This document shows positions 36,178 through 50,518 of a stretch of DNA of 64,000 bases, one piece after another. Below the pieces are notes generated by a model. The model was given only the letters and a program-made list of their open reading frames with translations. It ran no database searches and was not told the DNA's origin. The position numbers were made by a program, and so were the translations under genes. How positions within the stretch are numbered: position 1 is the stretch's first letter; the number at the start of each line of letters is the position of its first letter. This DNA is from Paraphysomonas bandaiensis (taxonomy: Eukaryota; Protista; Chrysophyceae): contig CBFFRP010000272.1 in the NCBI GenBank assembly GCA_965644295.1, forward strand, positions 1 through 64,000, given 5' to 3'.

Positions 36178-39100
36178 TCAAAATACCAAGTTAAAGCCAC
36201 AATCCCTACGTGTCCCTTGGTTCCCTAATCCATCGGAACTGGTGCGATAGTCCCAACATATACACTCGCCCGTGGTACGGTCACACTCACCGCGGCCAGC
36301 GCATTCTAACAATGTTCCGGAGCTGGCCTGTCGCTGTGTCACGACCAAAGATGGCGATGCCCCTGTGAGCGTGTTCTCAACGATAGACAAGATGGGAATA
36401 TCTCCCAGCTCTGTGTTAAACGAGACCTCCACAACATTTCCTGCGTCATCACACACTCCATCACCGGTATTCGCAGTCGAAGCGTTCGTGGTCACGTTAC
36501 CAATAGTACTGAGAGATTCTAGGGCCACCTCGAGCTCCCCCGCAGTATTATTGGGGTACAGCTTATATGTCGTCTCACCCCGAAATGATAGTGTGAAATA
36601 TCCCCCAGAAGCTGAGCAAGAAATAGATTGAATCTCAAGCGCAGGGGTCTCAGCTCTGGTATCATATCCGTAAGGGCACTGCAAGTCGGACAAAGTATCG
36701 CCGATATAAGTTGGAATCATGTGATATGAATCTACATAGCCATAATCATCGGCATAGCACCCATATCGCATCGTGGCATCCCAAGTTTCCGGCTTGTGAT
36801 TCTTGCTACCATAGGTAATAGGGAAGGCATCACCATTTGCTTTCGTCCTCTTAGCTGCTAATTCTTTCATCGATAAACACCTGAGAAACAATTAGTATAT
36901 ATTTAATACAGTACTTCCGGTGCATATCATTCCCACCTTCCGTTACCGTTGCATGGGTTACCCGCAGGAGAACAAGTGGACCTCTCACAGGCTGCCCCCT
37001 TCACGACGACGAAAATAAACACTTGGGGCATAAAAAACTAGGCCCATACCTCATAACCTGTGTCACAGGTGCAAGTACCAGTATCCCTATTACAACGACC
37101 CGCGTTTGAGCACTCAACCTCCACATCATGCGCAATGTTGTCCACTACAGGCTCCGCAAACCATGCTGGCCCCGTTGGACATGTGCGCATTCTGCAATCA
37201 CCATAAAAACCCGGATAACACTCACACTTCCAGTTCCCTTGTGTACCAAAAATCATGATATACAACAACGAGGACAACAGCAAATACCATACCGGTTAGG
37301 CCAGTACAACGACCATTACCATAACAGTCCAAGTAGTTTCCCCATTTCGGTTGATCCATGCCCTTGTCTAGAACAATTCCTAATGGGCGGCCGTACTCCT
37401 CCGTCCAAAGGAAGTTCTCATCAGTGTGGTATATACGATACTCGAAGTCTTCCTCAAAGTTGTAAACCGTTCCTGATGTTCGGTTTCCGAGGGAATTTTG
37501 AGTCATATCCATCCACTTAATGCTGAAGAGAGCAGGGTCCGTCCAAAGAAGCACATCACGTGTGTCATCAATGAACAAATACGTCGGTTCCGACAGGTTA
37601 ACCTATTAGTGTTACCCAGGGATAGTTAAAAGGGGTGTGGCATAGTCATTCGCAATGCATACCCACGTGGTCTCGAGTAAAACCGATACATTGTAATAGT
37701 CTCGATCCTCTTCCTCAACAACATCAAGGTAATTAGGTAGATCAAGGTTAGTCACCACGATTCCTTGTGGTTCTGACTGCACATCGAAACATATTACAAG
37801 ATTCTACAAACACGCAGTGCATACATTATCGATAAAGTACATAGTGTTATTCCTCAAGTTTATGGTAATATCTGTGGCATTCGCCGGCATAGTCACATTG
37901 TCGATATTACGATACAGAAAGCGCTGCAAGCGATTGGTTCCATCTAAATCGCATGACCTTAAGACTGTGATTTGGTAACCGCGACTAACATCGTTGTCAA
38001 CCCAATAAAGCCTTTTCTCCTTGTAGTGTATGGCGATTCCCATGGGCTCCAACAGGTAGTCTTGACCAATAGTAGGCGTCAGATCGTTGTTGGCCGGTGT
38101 AGTTGCATCAAGGTACTCCCAATAAATCTTGCCATTTGCACCAAATCCATCACCGGGAACGCTCCAGTACAACTGTCGTGTGCCTTACTCAACCAATATA
38201 GATGAAGCCCAGGCCATACATACCTTTCTACGATTGAAATGTGCATCCATTGCAAAGCCAAAGATGCGACCAGTCACCACAAGCCACGACTGCAGCATTG
38301 GTCAAGACAAAGCCATATGCATAAGTATTACTCAAAAGCAAACATTGTAGCCCCCCACCTCATCTGTCACCGCTGTTCCATTCACATCTAACAGAATACG
38401 CCCAATAAAAGGCGCAGCTTCGTTGTTATCTACAAAATACAAATAATCGGCCGCTCGATCAAGCACAAGAGGCCCCGCACTACTATTTGTAGTCATGTTA
38501 AAGATAATCTACACTCAAAGTCATTGGCCATTACGGTTGCAATGAATATCATACCAACTTCGAACTCCTGTCTACTCGCGGGTACTTGGAGGAGTGGTCC
38601 CAGTAAACCATTTCTGGTACTCGGCCATCAGATGTCCAGTCCATCATCTGAATAGTAGAGGACTGCCCCTCTACAGAATCCCTTGCCCTATGGGTTACGC
38701 AAGAATTCAGAACAACTAGTTGTACACACACTCGCTACTCACCAGGTAGGATTAAACGAAAGGTATATCTTCTCCGGATTCCGCCATGCGCTCCAGTCAG
38801 CCCCAGTTGTCCTCGAAATTACTCCAGGACATCTCCCCAAGCCTACACCGCGACATAATATATAATGCACTACATTCCCACAAAATAGTATACGTATCCT
38901 ACCAGCCCAGTCAGATGAATTGAACGTAGGTTGCCCGCACGGGCCGAAGTCAGGGTCACTCGACCAGCCCTAGAAATTATAAAATCACTAGGTAGCAGAG
39001 AATCTTTGTCACGTACATAAGGGCAGGTACATTTTCCATTGCTGTAATCACACTTGCCGACATTGTTGCATATACCAGTACCACCATCCCGACCATCATT

Positions 39101-40410
39101 CGTGTGTAGTGACATAACTAGCGTCGTGTTGTCCGTATATACGTTGCCCATGTCCTCGCGATTCACTGCAGAAGTCAACAGCTGCAAAATAGGAAGGTTT
39201 CCCAGAGGTGCTTTTAAGACGATTGTATGGTTGCGATCAATCGAGTCTTGACAAATTTGAGTGCTGGACTGAATAGCAGTAACTCCCGCACTAAGAGATT
39301 CATTGGCAAATGTAATCGATGATGATGCAAACGTCGCCATAGCGCTGAGTGCAGAATATATCTCGCTTCCTTGAGCAGAAATATCGATTCGAGGTGACAT
39401 TTCACCTTCGTAAAGAAACTGAAACGTGCCATCGCAGAGGGAGCTTGTACAGTTACAATTCAGATACTGCGTAGTCTAAAATATATAACATCGCCCATAT
39501 TACAACACAATCGTATATTGTAAATCATGTTTACCTCGAAATATATCTCTGCCCCAGTCATCTTATTCGAATAGAAAGAAACAGCAGGAACATCTCCAGC
39601 TTTCCTCACAAACGATATACTTGTATATGTAGTCGCAGAAGCATCACACACAGTCTTGGATGGATCGGAAGAACCATCAATCAACACACTGATGGGTGTA
39701 TACGTCAGAGCGTCAGTATTCGAATAGTATCCGCCGCTATTCATCAGTGCTGCTGCGACTTCTGTAGCCGTAGAAGTGCCATATAAGTATGTTTTTGAAA
39801 TCTTCCCCAGAAATCGGAGCTTAAAGCGACCAGAAAATCCGGTCCCCGCTACACACACCAGAGTAACTGTCTCTCTAGGGTTACCACTCACACGTGGATC
39901 TACGCCACGATCACATGACTGAGATGAACAGTCGTGCCCGGACCATCCAGGGTCACATTGACATCCCATTGATACGTCTGCGTCCCACAATGTGTATGTT
40001 GAGGTTCTATTAAAGGTCCATCCATCGAAGTAAGTGGCGGCATTCCTGAGAGAAGTACAAATACCATGGCCATTGCAATTGTTGGGACAATCTCGCAATT
40101 CACAGGCACGTCCAGAATACCCATCATAACATTCACATAATCCAGTTGCTGTGTTACACTTTCCTTGACCACTACACGAAATAGATTGATGGGCGCCGTC
40201 TTCTATATAGGCCACATCAGCATAACTTGGACCGCTAGGGCACACCCGCTTTGAGCAGTCACTCGATTCATATCCACTAAAGCATGTACACTGTGCTAGT
40301 GTATTGCAGATCCCATGACCACTGCATCTGTTCTTGCATTGAGCGATCACACAACTCAAACATGAATAAAAAATATAAAAATAAATACAAAATAATCTGA
40401 TTGATATCAT
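36178..40410 (-). CDS. secreted mastigoneme-type (Ocm1/Sig1-like) EGF-like Cys-rich protein with central YWTD-type beta-propeller, multi-exon
   Basis: Signal peptide; CSGHG..DCSKRVCPSG..AH..CSGQG..CPNNCNGHG..WDA..CQCDPG..GVDP pattern, repeated near the C-terminus. Central repeats VYWD, LYFVD, MYWS, LYWVD, MYFID, LLWTD. Confidence 0.8.
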
Positions 40411-40872
40411 ATGAGATTAGAGTTATCGCTTCATGAGACCCTAGAATACAAGGGAAAAGCAGAGTTCCTTTCACCTCTTGTGTGTATCTCTCTCAGTGTC
40501 TATGTATGTCTCTATGGATCATGTACAGCAGAGTATCTCCATATATATGTATGTATGTATATGTACCTATGAGCCTTCTCATATTCCGTTTTACTGGCCC
40601 TACTGTAGAATACTGCAGAGAAAAGCATGCATTATACAGTTGACTCGCGTTATGGTGGACGATATATGGTGGATACTTTCGCTATTGTGGATGAATTTAG
40701 GCATAAAATCCACGATTTATATATAAACCTATAGTTTTTTAATGGAATACCCCTATTTTTGGTTTATTTTTGTAGACAAAGCACAATTATATGTGCTGTA
40801 TATAATAACCCATTGCTTATATATATATACTTACATCACATCACTGCATCTGTTCGTCTGCTGTATGTAGCG

Positions 40873-41691
40873 ATGTCAGATGAATGCAGCATTGGTACCA
40901 AGCGCAAGTTATCGTTGTGTAGTTTCTCGGATGTGCAGAAATGTAGCTTTGTCATTTCAAATCCCATCAATCAATTCGTTGCGTACAAGAAGAACATTTT
41001 CAGCCGTTCAGCACTAAATAACTGGATTAAAGCCTGGAATGATGGGACACTGAAGGTTGAAATTGCACAGGCCACAAGAAGCAAAGGAAGGGTTCATTTC
41101 CTGAGGTGGCGAGAAAACTTGTTGAGTACATTAATGTTCGCCATGAGCACTACAAAATAGATAAGGCAGCTTGAGCTGGTTCTATCTGCAGCAGAAGGCT
41201 AAGGACTGTGCAAAGATTTGCCAGACTAAGAAGCAAGTAATGCACATGCTTGACATTTTTGTACTGTATAGATAGCCTATGCAGATGATGAAACGCTGAG
41301 TTCTTTTCAAGCTTCATCTGGTTGGCTGAGCAATGTGTTTAAGTCGGAATAGTTATGTTCATATGAATCTGCATGGAGAAGCTAATGAAATCAGCGATGC
41401 TGACGCAGCAGTTGCTATGGAAGAGTTCAACCAGAAGTTGGGTGAATTATGTGAAATTAATGATGTACCAATGCATGAATTTTCAACGTCGACCAAGCTG
41501 GGCTGCAGGCGGAATTGAGTAAGACTATACGCGGAGCGAAACAAAAGAAAGACAAGGAGCGTGTGACAGTTATGATTTGTTCTTCACCCTATAAAAAGGT
41601 TCCACTGGCACTCATTTTTTTTTCTCGTTGGCTTCCCAATGAGTGCCAGTGGAACCTTTTCAGAACGTGAAGAACAAATCATAATTGTCGC
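40873..41691 (+). pseudogene. decayed pogo/Tigger-like (CENP-B HTH + DDE_1) transposase
   Basis: Frameshifted fragments FQASSGWL, NLHGEA, FNVDQAGL, KKDKERVTVMIC, KVPLALI. Confidence 0.7.
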
Positions 41692-42734
41692 TAAAACCTG
41701 GGTTTTCTAATGGTGGATAATCTCGGTTTGATGGACAGTTTTGCTTATGGTACACACCGTCCACCATAGCGTGAGTGCACTGTATACGAAGTAGCATAGT
41801 ATCACACATCACATTGTATATTGTATACCCTATGTACAATGCACAGAGTGTCATGTTCACCGGAATAAACGCGCTTATTCATTTTTTATAATTAAAAAAC
41901 GCATTTATTCGAAACACGCGCTGGTTGCCAACCAGTCTAGATATCTAGACGTATCTCATGTATATATATACAGGTATGGATACTCTGCTTTATTGAGTAT
42001 TGACCATAAAAGTAAGACATGTATTGACTGTATTGACTATATTTGATTCATGTATCGACTAAGAATATGACGGGACATATTTACAAAGCGTTATCTACAA
42101 AGCTCTTTAAACTCCATGAAGAAACTATCACAGGGGAAAAGAGGAGCATTTCAAATGAAGTCGAGAAGAATCAGAAGAAGCGGTTCAAGAAAGGTTAAGG
42201 GTGAGTTTTTAGTGGGTAAGAATCCCACATAACTGTGTTACAGCGAAGTGTGATGTACACAGTATCTTTATGAAGATTTTCACATCCGTGTTATCCTATA
42301 AGATGACTAGATGATATATATAGCTGCAGTATAATGACGATTACTCGTTTCTACATTTTATTTAACGTATTCTACAATACTATCTTAGAGAACCATACGT
42401 ATTCCAACATGCTTGATGGTTTGAGATTGTATAGATTGAATTGCTTGACAGTCAGTTCTGTAGGATTCCTTGCAGTACAGTATCGTAATGAATGAGAAAT
42501 CAGTGATAATTATATTCCACGATTCAGTGACTCACTAGAATTACAATAAGTATTTACAACGTTTATTATTATTGACATTTCCTACTAAAAATAACACAAA
42601 CGACACTATATTCAGCACCACTATCTTCTGCTCACATAACATGCGCTACGCCACTCCGTGCAAATAATTTAGCTAGCCTTTAACGACTTAGAAATAGAAG
42701 CACCACTGTATATAAATTACACCTACTAGGTTAG

Positions 42735-44449
42735 CTAGCTCAGCGACGATCGGTATTGCCTATGACTCCTATACGCAACGCTAGAAGTGAGAAAAATATG
42801 AGAATGTAAACATATGTACCTGAATTTTTTTTGAATAACTCTTGCACTAACCCACCGTAGCATGCTAACAACACGATCATATACAACCTAGAATATAAAT
42901 AAGTCGTACAATATGAGAAAATATTAAGTGTACCCCACCTGTATTTCTTGCTTTAGTGCATCAAACTGAGGGTGATACATTCCGATAGAAGTCTGCAATA
43001 TATTTTCTTCGCTCCTACGCAAAAATAAGTGAGCTAAATCAGAAAAAAATACTTCTATTACTTAATGGCCAGTATCTCTTCAGTCTCCGCCGCAATGCAT
43101 GAGTTCACTATCTCGCGGTGTATTGCAAGTTCTTTATCTGCCGCCTCGCGCACCGCTTGCTGGTTCATCTTGATCAAGTACGGATCTGATATAGGATGAT
43201 GCTTAGTGTCGTGTGTGCTAGAATGAGCATTCGCAGGGAGCCCAGCAGTGACATTAGCATACTTCTTATCATGCTCGTCACGAACTTCTATCGCTCTTCT
43301 CTGAGCCTCAGCTACTTCCCATGCCGCACGATGTCTTCTCTTCTCAGCATCAATGTGACATAGCTCATATAGGGCACTAATGCGAACAAAGCTCGAATTT
43401 GCCTCACTCTCCACACACTGTAATCTCTCTCGCAGCCTCCTATATATATGCACCGGACAGCTCTGCAAAAGAGGGTCTCTGTCGACCTCAATGAGGGTGT
43501 TCTTTATTGCTTGCTTCATCATGTGAATACTCCGACGATACTCACTATTGATCTGTCTACGCCCAACTTCACTGGAAAAATGATCATCGCTGGAATTCAG
43601 ATGCGGTCTCTCATCCGATAGGTTTGTGCTTTGTGCATTGTCACCAGCATCGTGGTCTTGCTCCAGTTCATCAGTTTCCAGGGACTCGTCCCCAACTGCC
43701 TCCTCGTCAGCCTCAACTACCACTGGCAACTCGCGCTCAGGCTCTGTTTGATAATCGTCCTACGTATTATGTCAATTAAACATCGAAGAACATTGAGTGA
43801 ATTGAATATCGAAGAAACACAGTGCTACCTTGCTTTCAGATTCGGCGTCCTCTGCAGTCTGGGCTCCCCAGTAGCTTCCATTGAACAGGTGCATCTTTCT
43901 CAGCTTCGCATTCATGTCATTTTCTTCATCTGCAGAGCTCTGAGCCCCCCAATATAAAATCTCTTCCGAATCTGAAGTGTGTGTACCATTTACTGGACTA
44001 CGAGACGCCTCCTCTTTAATACAGTCGATAATTGAGGGCATTTCATCCAGATAGGAATCTAGCCTTTTGGCATCTTTTAGAACAGATATATAAGATTTCT
44101 TTAGAGGGGGTGTATTGTCACCAATCTTTCGAATATAGGCCTCGGATATGGACTTATTGTGATTTTCTAGAAAGCGCACCATCCGCTCTACATGTCGCTG
44201 ATGTTTCTCATGTATAGAACGCTCAGATATAGATGGTTCCGCAGAGTGGATAGAGCGCTGTTGCTTTGAGATTTTCTTTTTTCGTCGAATTGTACTCTCA
44301 ACATTCGTGTGGATGCTCTTGGCTTCTCCACTCTTTTCAATCTTTTTAGTGTGAGATATGATGCGTGGGTGTAATTGATGACCACAGCTCTCACAGAACA
44401 CCCACTCCACTGGTACACTCCGATGACAGAAACCACACGTATGAGGCAT
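42735..44449 (-). CDS. hypothetical protein: N-terminal zinc ribbon, coiled coil, C-terminal IQ-like motif, ~5 exons
   Basis: CGFC..CESCGH. ORFs 43772-44467 and 43058-43729 plus three small exons splice in frame to SARVIQKKFSVAYRSHR..TAG at 42735. Confidence 0.6.
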
Positions 44450-45078
44450 CAGCTCGATGATATACAATTAATAATAATATGACAAAGTGATTTAAAAGGA
44501 GTTTGAATTCCACCCCCTCATTACCGCCTGTGAACAATCTATCTGTATATGCGACACACTCAGAGCCCTCCCATTGTACATATATATAAACCAAGTTGTC
44601 TCATTCTGCTCTTAATTGAATAAGATTGATAATAAAGCAACCAATCCTGTATGTACTCCTCAGACACAGAGATGGATATCTACTCAGCAGTATCGTGGGC
44701 TACTCCATTAACAGCACATGGATATGACACACTGCTGTGCTCTGTATATTCCACCATATCTCGAGAACGAGAAGTCACCAGCAGCAAAGAGTTTTATTAA
44801 CTAAAATGCAACGGCCATTGTATTGGTGCATTTATAGCCAATTATATCATCGATATCATGTTTTCTTACATTCTGTTGGTCTATTCTCTGTCCGTTCTAG
44901 CTGTAGTACACGCAGCAGTCAGTTTCAACGGTAGTGTTAATAGGCCTGATCTCGTATAGAGTGTCTGCTATTATAAGTAGAGTTTCGAGAGTAATTACAA
45001 GAAGGAAAGTGTCAATTGTACTGATTAAACTATAAGAAGTATCTTTTGACTTAGTTTTGAACAAATTATTTCATAGTT

Positions 45079-46148
45079 ATGTCGACGAAGATGCTACTAG
45101 ACGACACAGGGAGGCATGGCACTCATGGAACCATATATACTGTGAAACGAGACCCAGCACATGATCGCCGTGATCATATTAAGGATAAAAATAAGAAAGA
45201 TTTTCCGTTTGTCACGGGATCCTCTTACAAAGGAAGTTGGAAAGATAATAAAAAGGAAGGATTCGGAGTTGAGACTTGTTCAGATGGTACGAAATATGAG
45301 GGCGAATGGCGAGCAGACATGAGGCACGGAAGAGGCACACTGTGGGTGAAACAGAAAAAAAAGTACATCAAGCAGTATGCTGGTAACTGGGTGCATGGAA
45401 AAATGGAAGGCCAAGGTGTGTATTCCTATGAAGATGGTACAATTTATAAAGGACACTGGGTACGCAATCGCCGTTCTAATTTTGGGCGACTTGAGTGTCC
45501 TAATGGGGATGTTTACACGGGAGAGTGGTGTAACGATGTGCGCCAAGGCCAGGGGACTTTGTTTCTAAGCAATGGTAATATATATGAGGGTTACTGGGTG
45601 AATAACTTAAAAGAAGGCCCCGGAAAATTTTTTTATGCTGCCACAAACAAGGTTGCCCGTTCTATTAGTATTTTATTTGTGTACTTAAATTTTTGCATTA
45701 TCAGGTGTATGAGGGCGAGTGGGTTGAGGATTCACCGCAATGTGGTGAGTTCAGAGACCCCACTGACGACGAACAGAAGAGATTCGGTAAGCCACTAATC
45801 CGCAAGTCAGGATTTAAGTTACCTGAGCTGATGCTCGAAAACACCCGTGCAGTTATTGACTGCACTGTTGCTGCGACTCGAAACGAAAGGGCCTCCTGCA
45901 GAGGCGTAAGCGCGCATGGAATCAGCCAGGAGTCTATGCAGATTGCAGAAGAGCTGTTTGCTGAAATTGACACTGCGTGTGTAGGTCTAATACCATTTGG
46001 TAGTATTGTTCCTGTTGTCGCTGCCCTTGGAGTTAATATATCGGAGTCGGACCTCTTGGAGTTAGAAAGAGTTTTGGAGGTATCTGGAGAGACTGAATTG
46101 TCATTTCCTGAAGTTGTAGACATTGCAGCGTTTTACGAAAGCGGTTAA
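45079..46148 (+). CDS. MORN3: MORN repeat protein 3-like with C-terminal EF-hand-like pair, 2 exons
   Basis: Repeated YxGxW...GxG MORN units; ATNK|VYEGEWVEDSPQCGEF joined by intron ~45652-45704. Confidence 0.75.
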
Positions 46149-47321
46149 TTTTTTGTATATTTTCCATATACATTATATTAAGATAGTGTTTGATTTATGG
46201 GATGAATTTGAGCTGCTGAGTAATAGTAAGGGTATCGTTAATAATGGCTGTAGTTAATGTACTTCTTTTGTTGGTTTTTTTATTCAAGTGGAAATTTATA
46301 TATCACATCTTAAGATGACATTGTACAGCTACTGATCATAGGTACAAACCCATTATCAGTAAGCTTACTAAGTACTTCTGAATTTACTCCAGAAATATTT
46401 CGAATTCCTTGAACAAGGCAGGCTGTATTACCACAAATATTATTACTCTATCCTTTTTAATTTAACAATATGTTAAAATTGCTAGAACTATCAGCATTTG
46501 ACATTTTGGGTGAGTAAACTTGCTTAAATAACTAAGAGTTTAAGTAAGAGTTAAATAAATAACAATAAAGTTTCAACACTTTAGTACATGAATGCGGGAA
46601 TATGTAGTTCCTTTAATAGACCGGGATATGTAGTAGAAGTAAGAAGAATAGTACCCAGCAGGCTTTGCTAGCATCGCCAAAAAGGGTTTGAATGAAGTGT
46701 ACTCTATCAACGGATGATTTCTATAAAGAACTTTATAATGCCTATACTATTGTGGTAGCAATCTAGACTTCGGGGAAACTGTCATCGCAAAGGTAGAACA
46801 ATGGCCTTTAGTCTATCCCTTAGAGATTTTTCAGATCCCCTGTTTTCGTCATGATAAACTTGTCCATAAGTAGTCAAAGCCAGTCAGTCACATACAAGTA
46901 CTGACTTTCCTAAATCATCAAACTCATGTATAAAAGGCAACAAACTACTAATATAGACCAGTGAAGTTCTCGTCTTTAGCGCTGAAGAGGAATATGCGTA
47001 GCAGTTGCACTTTTACACGAGTGCGTATCTGACTGCAGTGTGTCGTGTTCTATCACGACGACATGGTTATCGATAAGTAGCCACTATTCTCTGCGGGAGT
47101 ATATATCCATCGTTCGTTCTACTCGTGGGGTGTCCTCTATCACAGAGGGTATGAGCGAAATTCGTCGCTGTTGAGAGATACGACGTAAATAAATTCCACA
47201 GGTATTCATTTGATGTCCCAATGAATTAATGCCTCTGTATGCTACTGTCACTGCTATCAGCTCTCTGATTGTGATATCCATCTACTCCATAGATACCACA
47301 CTACACACTGTATCTACAGGC

Positions 47322-48093
47322 ATGTATGTATGTATGTATGTATGTATGTATGTATGTATGTATGTATGTATGTATGTATGTATGTATGTATGTATGTATG
47401 TATGTATGTATGTATGTATGTATGTATGTATGTATGTATGTATGTATGTATGTATGTATGTATGTATGTATGTATGTATGTATGTATGTATGTATGTATG
47501 TATGTATGTATGTATGTATGTATGTATGTATGTATGTATGTATGTATGTATGTATGTATGTATGTATGTATGTATGTATGTATGTATGTATGTATGTATG
47601 TATGTATGTATGTATGTATGTATGTATGTATGTATGTATGTATGTATGTATGTATGTATGTATGTATGTATGTATGTATGTATGTATGTATGTATGTATG
47701 TATGTATGTATGTATGTATGTATGTATGTATGTATGTATGTATGTATGTATGTATGTATGTATGTATGTATGTATGTATGTATGTATGTATGTATGTATG
47801 TATGTATGTATGTATGTATGTATGTATGTATGTATGTATGTATGTATGTATGTATGTATGTATGTATGTATGTATGTATGTATGTATGTATGTATGTATG
47901 TATGTATGTATGTATGTATGTATGTATGTATGTATGTATGTATGTATGTATGTATGTATGTATGTATGTATGTATGTATGTATGTATGTATGTATGTATG
48001 TATGTATGTATGTATGTATGTATGTATGTATGTATGTATGTATGTATGTATGTATGTATGTATGTATGTATGTATGTATGTATGTATGTATGT
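47322..48093. repeat. perfect (TATG)n microsatellite, ~193 units
   Basis: Uninterrupted ~770-bp tetranucleotide array. Confidence 0.98.
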
Positions 48094-48181
48094 GTAGGTA
48101 TGAAGGGACAGTGTTATAGTTCGTATTGTGGGTATTCGTCTGAATGTAGTGGTTTGGTTAGGCACACTAGTATTTACAACT

Positions 48182-50016
48182 ATGTCTAGTTTTCGCAAGG
48201 CATCAAAATCTGCGGCTGATGAATCTGGGGCCCCTCGACTAGAAGGTGTGAAGCCATGGCTGAATGGTCAGAATCTGGTGTCTAGTGGCAACAGGGAATT
48301 AGACGATATTCTGGGTGGAGGACACGCCTTAGGCACTCTCTGTTTACTTCACGAGGATATTCACTCAAACTACGCGGAGACACTGCTACAGTACTCTATC
48401 GCTGAGTCGATTAGCCAGGGACACAAGACGTTAATTATATGCCGAAACACTGCTGAGGCAGAACAACTGATAGCGGGGCTTCCATTCAATATGAACAAGA
48501 GTAAGTTATCAATTGGAAAAACAGAGGGTCCTAGTACTGCAGAGGATAGAAAGAAACATTTAAAGATCGCGTGGCAGTACGGGAAATATATTAAAGGTGA
48601 AGTGTGTGAATTTACCTTCGGCCTTTGTAAATTTGCTTTTGTACCTTCAGACAAGGAGACTCCAAAGGGTAGGGGGGTGGGATCATTTTGTTCTAGTTAT
48701 GACCTTGCGAGCAGGTAAGACCCCATATTCTTTGTGTTAGTTTGATATGTATGACCAGAATGCAACCTGACGTCTTGGAAGCGAATTATCCACGAGTTTT
48801 CGCCGTATATCGTGATAGATCTTCATCTGATTCTCTGTTTGATTCCGACTCATCTTGTAAATTTTCACGCACAATATGTCGCACGCTTATATATATCTTT
48901 TCATTCAGGTGAATGCCAATTGACTGACGCATGTCACAAGATTATCCGCGTGATCTCCGCGTTTAAGCAAGCCCACAGTAACTCCCGCACACCGTTGCGG
49001 GTGTTTATTCCCCGTCTGTTTGGCGCACCCAATGAACATAATCTGAATGTCCCGTCTGCATGCCCTGCACTCAGAAACTTTTTTTTATTTCTGAGATACC
49101 TAATTTCTCCTCGCATGACTGTTCAAGTTACACTCCAGGACGACACTATCCCTCCAGGGCTCGGGAGACACCTGAATACTACAGCTGATACCGTGCTGGA
49201 AGTTGATTCCTTTGCTGGACACGAGGCAACAGTACCAGTAGAATATAGGTATACATGAGCGTGACTCCACGTGGCATCGTTTGTCTATTCTCGCCTATAT
49301 GCTGGTATACGTGGTATGAGCTGTGTAAACATGTCGTGTAGTGTGGTTCTAGACGACGGTGTAAACGCATATATTTATACTAACATTATCTGTATTCACA
49401 GGTTTTTCTGTGGGTTTTTATTGATACACAAGCTTCAACAGGTGAGTATGTGTACTGATACCACTCTTAGCCATGGTTCTATGTTGTGTTAGGTAGTGTA
49501 TGCTTGAGATTCTACGCTGCACATACATGTCTCCATAGCTAATGACAAGCAATTATTTTGTCTCAGATTGGTGCAATGGTACCGCACCGCCCCTCTGCGG
49601 CCCGTTTTGGGCTCAAGAGAGACAGGCGTAAACTACATGTGGAGCCTCTTCATCTGCCCCCAGAAGATAGTCGAGCATCTAAGTACGCTACTGATACACC
49701 TACCAACAAGCTCCCAACGGAGAGATCAGCTAGTTTGAATAAGCCTCTAGCCACAGTTGGACCGAAAGCTGTAGTTGATGCAGGTATCCGGGGTGTTCCG
49801 ATGGCTACAGAAATGGCAACGGGAGGTGTACAGAGTGCAGTTCCTGGTATTTCTGCTGCGCAGATACCTGGAAGAAGTGAACGATCTATTCATCCTGCTG
49901 TACAGGCATCAATGGCTCAGAGAGCAATGCGAGCAGGGGCTCAGTCATCATCCACACCCGCAGGATCAATTTGTAAGTCGAATATTCCCGGTCAGGCTAA
50001 CTTATATGATTTCTAA
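48182..50016 (+). CDS. ELP4: Elongator complex subunit 4, multi-exon
   Basis: MSSFRK, VSSGNRELDDILGGG, LKIAWQY, FCSSYDL and RRKLHVEPLHLPP are PAXNEB-family motifs. Confidence 0.88.
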
Positions 50017-50108
50017 TTTAGACTAGCATTTTGCCTATAAATAATTTATGTATTACATTAGCGACTCTTATTATTAAGTCCATAGCTACAACATTACAAA
50101 TTAGATAA

Positions 50109-50170
50109 AACCGTTCTCATGTAATAATCAGACATTTCTTCTGCTAGTAATAAGGCATTCACTACTACAA
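50109..50170 (+). mobile_element. adjacent minimal 3' tails of family A and family B
   Basis: aaccgttctcatgtaataatcagacatt (A) immediately followed by tgctagtaataaggcattcactactac (B). Confidence 0.55.
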
Positions 50171-50518
50171 CTACCACGGTGACGTTGTGATTTAGCAAAC
50201 GAGAGAATGAATATAGTGAATAGATAGCGAGTATTACTTGTTTCGTCACGAAAGTTTCGTGGTATTGTAGCATTGATTCATGGCTAATGCTGCCTGTACA
50301 TATTATATGAAAGTCTTATTTTTGCAGCAGGCGTCAAGAACCGACACCAGAAAAGTATTTAAATGAAGACTAGTCAAGCTAGATCGACCTCTACCAGTAA
50401 CTAACTAGTACAAATTCTCCCATCCTACTATTTAACGCTACAGCTAATGCTGTACGGGAGATCATTGTTTGATACATTTCCAACATATCTTATTTGAAAG
50501 CAATGAAACATTACAAGT

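Noticed and set aside
47229-48198. Four 255-296 aa ORFs (MYVC/YIHT repeats)
   Set aside because: Translations of the stop-free (TATG)n microsatellite.
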